From positions 1 to 64,000 of the IMG/VR virus record IMGVR_UViG_3300020191_000005: a stretch of 64,000 bases of DNA; one strand, written 5' to 3'. Every line of letters starts with the position of its first letter. Position 1 is the stretch's first letter. Shown here piece by piece: positions 58,801-64,000 of the stretch. A program made the position numbers and the translations under genes. The notes under the pieces were generated by a model. It made no database searches. It was given only the letters and a program-made list of their open reading frames with translations, and was not told where the DNA came from. The stretch is from an uncultured virus (IMG/VR IMGVR_UViG_3300020191_000005) (lineage: Duplodnaviria; Heunggongvirae; Uroviricota; Caudoviricetes).

Positions 58801-60605
58801 AAGGAATGACACACGTTGTTTCACAGATTACAGCAGATAATGCTATGACAGTAACACCTGACTTTAGAGGTAATTCAAATGCTACTGGTGTGAAATTATG
58901 TTTGATTAGTGATAAGAAAACTAAACAAGCTGACTTTAACAAAGACACACTAGACGGTCTAGGAAGTAGTGGATATATCATGGACATCAGTAAGATGCAG
59001 ATGATTGGTATTCAGTACAGTTGGTACGGTGCTGGATTTATTGACTACATGCTACGTGGTGATGATGGTAACTTTATTTTCTATCACAGAATGCGTAACT
59101 CAAACATTAACACAGAAGCATTTATGCGTACTGGTAACATGCCTGTGCGTTATGAAGTTACTAACGAAGGTCCAAATGATAGGCTAGCGACGGCAATGGA
59201 TGCAACACAAAATACAATTCCATTAATTACATCTTCATTCTTCCCAACAACTGGTACAGTTATTATTGATAACGAAATGATATCTTATACTGGTGTAACA
59301 GGTGATACCCTAACAGGGTGTACTAGAAGTGCTCCACTAACAAACTTTGCGGCAGGTGCAACAAGAACTTATACAGCAGGTGGTGCTGTACCACATGACG
59401 AGCGAACTGGTGTAATTTTGATTAGTAATACAATTACTCCAATCATATCACACTGGGGTTCAGCGTTCCTAACAGACGGTGGATTTGATGAAGACCGTGG
59501 TTATATTTTCTCATACGCTTCTGCAGGTAACGATATTAGTACATTAAGAAATACTGTGTTTATGTTAAGACTAGCACCTAGTGTTAGTAACGCTATTGTT
59601 GGTGACTTAGGTGAAAGAGAACTACTAAACAGAGCTCAGTTGCTACTAGAAGGTATTGAAATTACATCAGACGGATATGACAGTTCAAATAATCCAATTA
59701 CTGGCGGTATTGTTGTTGAAGGAATTTTGAATCCACAAAACTATCCAATTAATCCAAATGATGTTGGTTGGTCTGCACTAACTGGTGCGGCGGCTGGTGG
59801 ACAACCGAGCTTTGCTCAAGTTGCTCCGGGCGGTTCTGTTGTATGGTCAACTGGTGCTACACAGGTTATTAGAAGTGCAACAGTACAAGGTCCAATGACA
59901 CAAACTGCTGAATTCTTATACGGTAATAGAAATAGTAGATATCAGTATTTGTCAACAGCAGAGTTTGCCGCTTTAAATGGCGAAGTTACAACAGGTGTGC
60001 AGGTTACTGCATCAGGTAGTAACGACTATACAAGTAATCCAAGAACTATTGAAGAAGTTTATCAAGAACCATGGTACGGTAGAGTACGTTTAAGATTTAA
60101 TCAAAATATTCTAGTACAAAATGCTGATCCAACAGTAACATTTAGAATTGGTGGAGATTTAACTGGTTCTAACTACTTGTTCTTTACAGAAACAACCTGG
60201 AACGCAACAGGCGCTATTGCAGGCGACATTGTTGAAGACTCTAAGTTCTCAGCGGGTACTGCGGTTGCTGGTGTGCAAGAACTATCATTTGGTTCAACAA
60301 CATATTACAGAGTAACGTTTACACAGAGTTCAAATGCAACGATAACAGCAGGTGATACGGTAGGGTTCTTATTTGGACAACCACCTTATGCACAGCCAGG
60401 TGAAACTGTATTCTCCTTTATTGCAACACCAGGACAATCAAGTTCATTATCTCTAAGCTCATTGAAAGAGTTAACTAATACCACACTAGGTGGTAGAGGA
60501 ACTTATCCAAATGGTCCAGACGTATTAGCAATCAACGTTTATAAAACAGGTGGTACAGATACTAAAGCGAACATTATTCTAAGATGGGGTGAAGCTCAGG
60601 CTTAA
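52896..60605 (+). CDS. Giant virion structural protein (2569 aa) with GG.SP.ND..IT beta repeats and two helical C-x-R-D domains
   Basis: About 8 GG-x-(S/T)-P-x-N-D repeats; duplicated WYNYTYN...C.RD...ASKYW...TPQIDGDR domain. Confidence 0.65.
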   Translation: MAKKKIDSYIFQPGIPISENRFPYAYSLIKSNINFIVEELSAWLTAQVAANTGNPGSIWYNYTYNDVLCRRDTRYNLEGTDGATGVLWDLRYGGNYQARFLASKYWINSTPQIDGDRAPEIAAKNFVVSLINNYILPQVPYTSLQSEPPAQVQVYDNGSNYETGTDARITELMGIITTVIAGGLDVIPPLQRSQISSVKIQTRVPANDLLLITDSTNNEILYNFSDPDLGASTAFQTDDTSQLTKGIEEDFPKFLERTGTVTTVYLKKDTDNRVYSPKAVALLEANLEFLKKETVAWIAGKVAASTRFTPTAATFSPASGQMVLTIPSHTFYRGDYIRIAPGGLTFTCAKDNHATEHAYPRASGVPNDTGTDPTYNKPILIESSTTDTVTINVGISSDTSDHIFVSATANAISDVWYNYTYNTAKCERDMGFNIEGITHDIKYSGNTKTHYNASKYWVQTTPQIDGDRMPEILAKHFARDVINNYIFSNTLYPTEQVGAGAISQNTILQISELNVSQRVTELFGVITNVIENGLNVLPIKEEVKQFYDTDDIQIFIDQGDVITRPHDFGTDAIERMRVSNSVSMLDADFEYGLQPTKWQAIAMQRGYPSIYEVPGTDTQVSSVVTDASVGTDGIGQSKITVTTVGPHGITAGTPITIKALENSVAGASRAEGSFVVSTVPTDNTFTFFAKSKVGVTNGEVLSTFYTQLRQAGFYTGAAIGQPQFSILSQGAEGTFVNPLTAAEGANIITWSGVAPEVGSPVVNESGQVSTVGTYGAADASRLAGTYSVSTGSSDSIAADLIVGTYTIVVDGTGAATVTAIENPGRNNAPGDIITISDASLGNGGGADWTFVVATVATGAGIAVGAQVTSLTGGGVGFENGGTLNTLDVSGDFPAGSNAIDVVDATGIVQGEAIDRGDGTAIHVTTIVGNTLNFDGNTTANIVGNTVSYTGITGTNYTSLGSGATFNIDRGNPTLGQYTVSLQTAGINFEAGDVLIVDGQQLGGISNTNDLRITVDTVDGSGAILTFSFTGSAFDGNAVFTNVTGTNLNGLGTGLILDVTSSAGTYTAVTDNPTYTDLPPETQIGGTGAAWDVVLTNNIYTTTKNAGSLDAGYTVGSVIRIPGTVFGGASPTNDLDITVDSVDGAGAILTFTDSGIGGDAVANYSAVPFTTSSIGTGAEINIGFTGNVYTVTAPGAGSGYTQGETLLVLGSDLGGASPGNDATVTIDSVGGSGEITGVSVTGTAVNSATFTNIVSGFNVFGTGATFNVTQNADTTYTVVLGSTAGDSYAQGSTLTILGSNVGGTSPTNDITITITSVDGAGTILSITHTGTSAAPTQGFAVGDRMFIIGDTFPGGSSPTNDALIEVTSVNSGVITGFTITGTGPNANETYPSVTYTYPAGAGVGADFSVTKTATVYGVNITNAGGGYLVGETFVVAGTELGGATPANDATITVLTIDSGGEILTVSISGTGNDEVVYQDISQSAGQITTLSGSTATFDITISNQVYSAVVNTPGTGYFPDQNIRVPGTQLGGESPANDLTINILTTDNSGTRTGEGSIASVSTAGTGPSGVGSYVDVGPTPLGNFGSNAEFTIQRTSSSYSNPIITVDGESYVAGNKIKVAGTELGGTSPTNDATITIAEVATDGSIVDASIVGTAVAGDTTVTYATVTMSELITAQIPARTLIGFAALATTEVSFASAHGLIPGDAFIVTVNSDDGVNNHTLLEGPFFAQQVPTTTSLRYQCRAPGTITQTGDISATLYPRPDSFFVHRPYDGGVMLGTGGPQHGAQAIRQSKKYIRYQSGKGIMYTTGALFAPSYDLLDVTADDLLAGTFITVTTDDVDHGLQVGGQIRLIGIETPGYNGNYTVASIVSERTFKVISQIAPASLTPVLSTRAQVSLLNWHGATVRSGAFDDQNGIFMEYDGTNFSAVQRTATLQLAGTVAINVDSNTCTGSGTRFRDQLKAGDRIVIKGMTHVVSQITADNAMTVTPDFRGNSNATGVKLCLISDKKTKQADFNKDTLDGLGSSGYIMDISKMQMIGIQYSWYGAGFIDYMLRGDDGNFIFYHRMRNSNINTEAFMRTGNMPVRYEVTNEGPNDRLATAMDATQNTIPLITSSFFPTTGTVIIDNEMISYTGVTGDTLTGCTRSAPLTNFAAGATRTYTAGGAVPHDERTGVILISNTITPIISHWGSAFLTDGGFDEDRGYIFSYASAGNDISTLRNTVFMLRLAPSVSNAIVGDLGERELLNRAQLLLEGIEITSDGYDSSNNPITGGIVVEGILNPQNYPINPNDVGWSALTGAAAGGQPSFAQVAPGGSVVWSTGATQVIRSATVQGPMTQTAEFLYGNRNSRYQYLSTAEFAALNGEVTTGVQVTASGSNDYTSNPRTIEEVYQEPWYGRVRLRFNQNILVQNADPTVTFRIGGDLTGSNYLFFTETTWNATGAIAGDIVEDSKFSAGTAVAGVQELSFGSTTYYRVTFTQSSNATITAGDTVGFLFGQPPYAQPGETVFSFIATPGQSSSLSLSSLKELTNTTLGGRGTYPNGPDVLAINVYKTGGTDTKANIILRWGEAQA

Positions 60606-61177
60606 CGTACTACGTTAAATGCTATAGTAGTTCGAACAACGTTTTTACTACTAGGCATTACTGCATGTTTTAAGTAAGAAGGGAAAAGTAATAACTTGCC
60701 CTTTATAGGTTGGAATTCGAATTGTCGGCGGCCGTACTGTGAGTTTTCGTTATGTGCATATTCAACATATGGATTAGGATTTCTAAAACATAACCCACCA
60801 GCGTTTTCATTAGCTCTTACCCAATACACTCCTGATATCTTATTCATACCATGTTCGTGTTCAGTATGTATATCGCCTTCGTGATAGTCTTGTGTCCACC
60901 AAGTGTATTGATTAACGTCATGTAAATGTTTAATACTAGATTGTTGTTGAAATCTATTAACACAATCTTGTATCTCACCAAATAATTCAGGCACATCGTT
61001 GATTAGATGTACTACTTTTTTATCTTCAAAGTAATCAGTAGCGTGGGGAGCATTGTTATCAGGTCTTGGAATTAAAGACAGTCTTGGCACTACAAACTGT
61101 TCAACTTCATTTGCAATGCGTTCTGGAACACTATGTTCCAATATAGGAATAGAAAATAATTCTCTAAAGACTGACAT
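60602..61177 (-). CDS. 2OG-Fe(II) oxygenase-like protein
   Basis: HEH...ISGVYWV...LLLFPSYLKHAV...RTTIAFN. Confidence 0.8.
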   Translation of the reverse strand: MSVFRELFSIPILEHSVPERIANEVEQFVVPRLSLIPRPDNNAPHATDYFEDKKVVHLINDVPELFGEIQDCVNRFQQQSSIKHLHDVNQYTWWTQDYHEGDIHTEHEHGMNKISGVYWVRANENAGGLCFRNPNPYVEYAHNENSQYGRRQFEFQPIKGKLLLFPSYLKHAVMPSSKNVVRTTIAFNVVR

Positions 61178-61751
61178 AGTAATTAAGTTTATTACCTATT
61201 TCTTGTAACACAGTTTCTCTAGGTTGTATATTAAATGCAATAGTAATACGAGGATCATCTTGTTCCCAATCACTAGTCATATGTTCAACGCCTTTGCTAT
61301 TAGTAATAACTAATTGACCATTTTTGTTTTCAACGCTAGTAATTTCTTCTTCGCCTATATTGCGATATAATGTTTGTGAAGGCTCACTGTGTACACCTAA
61401 GTATCCGTGGAAACAATTATCATTATCTCCGTATTCATGACCGTGCCATTCTAGTGTACGACCTTTATTAGGCCAATAGTTTAACCAACCAACGATCCAA
61501 TATTCTAAACTAGTGTCATGCTCGATGTTTTTAAATTCTTCTCTTATTGAACGTTGTAGTTCAAACATCCCAGGCATAATACTTGTAAATAAATTATAAT
61601 ACTGACTTACTGCGGTAGGTATTGAAGTATGTTGTGTTTCAAGACTTAGGTTAGGTATTGCAATTTCGTTTATAATTTGTTGATAAACAAAACTGCAATT
61701 ATGTTTTAACTGAGATAAATTTAAATCTAAATTAGCCTTGTGGATTTGCAT
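61164..61751 (-). CDS. 2OG-Fe(II) oxygenase-like protein
   Basis: WHGH...H...RITIAFN double-stranded beta-helix pattern. Confidence 0.6.
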   Translation of the reverse strand: MQIHKANLDLNLSQLKHNCSFVYQQIINEIAIPNLSLETQHTSIPTAVSQYYNLFTSIMPGMFELQRSIREEFKNIEHDTSLEYWIVGWLNYWPNKGRTLEWHGHEYGDNDNCFHGYLGVHSEPSQTLYRNIGEEEITSVENKNGQLVITNSKGVEHMTSDWEQDDPRITIAFNIQPRETVLQEIGNKLNYYVSL

Positions 61752-62145
61752 CTGAAGTAGCCTCTGGTTGTACTATAACACCTTGACTATCACCTGGAAT
61801 AATTCTAAAATTATCTTCAATAGAATCGGGTGTACTTACTTCAGTAATACTACTACCCGCTTCAAGTGCTTCTAATTGGTGCGGCATCAATGGTGGATTT
61901 CTCCATGTGTCTCCTGGACCTAAAATCTTTTCCATAACTGTAGCTGTTTGCGTATCAATATAACGCAATTTAAATGATCCAGCATTTACAAACCATGATT
62001 CATCTTTTTCTTTATGAAAGTGCATACTAAACTTTGCACCAACCTTTTCAAAAACCATAATTTTTCCACAATATAAATCATTGGTTGCCCAAATTAATTC
62101 ATATCCCCAACCTTTATCTACTTTACCACTATGTCTTGCTGGCAT
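61732..62145 (-). CDS. Cupin (sugar isomerase-like)
   Basis: KGWGYELIW, SMHFHKEKDESW, PH, EVST motifs. Confidence 0.75.
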   Translation of the reverse strand: MPARHSGKVDKGWGYELIWATNDLYCGKIMVFEKVGAKFSMHFHKEKDESWFVNAGSFKLRYIDTQTATVMEKILGPGDTWRNPPLMPHQLEALEAGSSITEVSTPDSIEDNFRIIPGDSQGVIVQPEATSDANPQG

Positions 62146-62947
62146 TTACATACTCCTCAATTGTTCTAAAATTATGAACACCTATACTATTAATTAACTT
62201 GTTATTGTCTGAACAGGTGTAATACTGGTATTGTCCTTTAAGCTCTTCTGGCATAGGAATTTCTTCAATTTTAGCATTATACTTTTTGGCATACAGTTCA
62301 GCAATATCCATAAATGAACGAGGTGTACCTGTACCAACATTCCATATATCTGTATTGTCAACATCAATAAACTTTTCGATAATTTCACATACATCGCCAA
62401 CATGAATAAAATCTCTTTCAATTTTATCACTGCCTTCAAACACTTTGATAACTCCTGTTTCTTTGGCTTGTTTTTCAAACTTGCCAAATACACTTTGTTG
62501 GTCACCTTTGTGTTCTTCACCTGGTCCATATACATTAAAGAATCTAAAACCTTGTACATTAATCATAAACTCTGGAACTTGCATTACAAATCTATCAAAC
62601 AAATATTTGCTCCATGCATATGCACTCTGTGGTTGTAGTTTAGAATTTTCTACAAACGTATCACCATATACACCAGCAGTACTAGCATACATCATTGATG
62701 TTCCTTTTTGATCACATAGTTGTAACAAACGCATTGAAAACTCATAGTTTTGTTCCATAATTTTTTCAATGTCTCGTTCAGTAGTGCTACTAATAGCACC
62801 TAAATGGATTACCCTATCATATGGTTCAGGATCAGGAATAACATTAGGCTTCCATTCAAACCCTTCAACATTGTGTCCTTTATGTTGTAAGTACGATCCA
62901 AGATGTTTACCAATAAAACCTTCATGTCCTGTAATTAAAATATTCAT
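62129..62947 (-). CDS. hldD: ADP-L-glycero-D-manno-heptose 6-epimerase
   Basis: ITGHEGFIG, HLGAISSTTE, YAWSK, RFFNVYGPGEEHKG, RDFIHV, YQYYT. Confidence 0.85.
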   Translation of the reverse strand: MNILITGHEGFIGKHLGSYLQHKGHNVEGFEWKPNVIPDPEPYDRVIHLGAISSTTERDIEKIMEQNYEFSMRLLQLCDQKGTSMMYASTAGVYGDTFVENSKLQPQSAYAWSKYLFDRFVMQVPEFMINVQGFRFFNVYGPGEEHKGDQQSVFGKFEKQAKETGVIKVFEGSDKIERDFIHVGDVCEIIEKFIDVDNTDIWNVGTGTPRSFMDIAELYAKKYNAKIEEIPMPEELKGQYQYYTCSDNNKLINSIGVHNFRTIEEYVNASKT

Positions 62948-64000
62948 TCTGCAACCTCGTTCATTTTGTCTATAAGTTTAGTTGTACTCGCACCGGCAAT
63001 AGTTGGAAATATAACTACATCAGCTAAATGGTTTCCTACTACTGTGTCAACTGTATAATCTCCGCCTTTAACAATTATATTGGGCAAGACATTTTGTAAA
63101 GTTTCTAATGGAGTATCTTCATCAAATATAATTACCTCATCAATAAACCCTAATTCTAACAAAGCGGCTTTACGGGTTTGTTCATCGTTAATGGGTCTAG
63201 TTTCGCCTTTTAAACGCTTTACACTTGCATCGCTATTAATGCCCACCACGAGGCGCTTTCCAAGCGTGTGTGCGTGTCTTAGTAGCTTTAAATGGCCTAT
63301 ATGTAGTATATCAAACACTCCGTTAGTCCATACAATTCCAGTTGATAAATCGTTTTTGGTTACAACAGCAACACCACGTTTTTCAACAATACGTGCCGCC
63401 CCATAACATGCTAATTTACATGATTCAACTACATCTCTTCCTTGTTCAATACCATATGCAATGATAGCAAGTACAGTATCACCAGCACCTGTTACGTCAG
63501 CAACTTCTCTCACTTCTTCTTTACAATGCCAACTTTCTTGTGCATTAATTATATGCATACCGTTAGCACCATCAGTTACAACAAGCCATTCCCAACCATA
63601 TGTTTGCAAATTTTGTTGAGCATCTCTAATATCAAATTCGCCAAACCATTCTACATATTCTTTCATGTTTGGTTTAACCAGGTACGCATTTGTGTAATAA
63701 CTAGGATGTTGTTTAGGATCTACTAAAACTTTGCATTTACGTTTTAATAGTTTTTCTACTGTTTGCTCACGTACTGTACCTTTTGCATAATCACTTACAC
63801 AAACAATATCGTCAGCAGTTAGTGAATCAAGTAGTCTATGTAAACTACTTGTACCTATATATGTTTCTTCACGGTCCCAACGCATAATGTGTTGCCCACC
63901 TTGTCCAACTAGTCTAGTTTTAGTTGTTGTGACAGCATGATCAGATGCAATGTTTGCTTCAATTTTTGTGTTACCAATCATTTCAAGTAGTTTATATCCG
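62944..64000 (-). CDS. hldE: Bifunctional heptose-7-phosphate kinase / heptose-1-phosphate adenylyltransferase (5' end outside window)
   Basis: PfkB motifs SDYAKG, VDPK, DVTGAGDT then TNGVFDILHIGH, NSDASVKRLKG..RP, KGGDY; frame open to the window edge. Confidence 0.9.
   Translation of the reverse strand, partial: GYKLLEMIGNTKIEANIASDHAVTTTKTRLVGQGGQHIMRWDREETYIGTSSLHRLLDSLTADDIVCVSDYAKGTVREQTVEKLLKRKCKVLVDPKQHPSYYTNAYLVKPNMKEYVEWFGEFDIRDAQQNLQTYGWEWLVVTDGANGMHIINAQESWHCKEEVREVADVTGAGDTVLAIIAYGIEQGRDVVESCKLACYGAARIVEKRGVAVVTKNDLSTGIVWTNGVFDILHIGHLKLLRHAHTLGKRLVVGINSDASVKRLKGETRPINDEQTRKAALLELGFIDEVIIFDEDTPLETLQNVLPNIIVKGGDYTVDTVVGNHLADVVIFPTIAGASTTKLIDKMNEVAE

Noticed and set aside
1..64000. 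Alternative genetic code or stop-codon reassignment
   Set aside because: Core genes translate full length in code 11, with TAA, TAG and TGA all used as stops

Overview
A 64-kb, AT-rich segment of a large T4-like (myovirus) phage genome, probably aquatic. 1-5.7 kb: baseplate genes, a gp55-type late sigma factor, the gp47/gp46 recombination nuclease pair and a short GIY-YIG nuclease, followed by a highly structured non-coding tract. 6.4-19.6 kb: putative internal head proteins, a gp26-like tail chaperone with an apparent -1 frameshift, a tape-measure-like protein, portal, scaffolds, prohead protease and major capsid protein. 19.6-23.5 kb: an accessory island of small terminator-bounded cassettes (pqqA peptide missed by the ORF track, a ~215-nt structured RNA, cspA, tusE/dsrC-like, a Pho-box-preceded PiT-like transporter, candidate sRNAs). 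23.5-60.6 kb: a long late operon of fibre/structural proteins. It includes two giant proteins with phycobiliprotein-like C-x-R-D repeats, three Cys/Gly-rich adhesin-like proteins, a GT9-like transferase, an SGNH-like protein and a carbamoyltransferase. 60.6-64 kb (minus strand): two 2OG-Fe(II) oxygenases, a cupin and the ADP-heptose genes hldD and hldE (partial). I saw no tRNA, rRNA or CRISPR array. All family calls come from recognising motifs by eye and all RNA structures were folded by hand; no searches were run.
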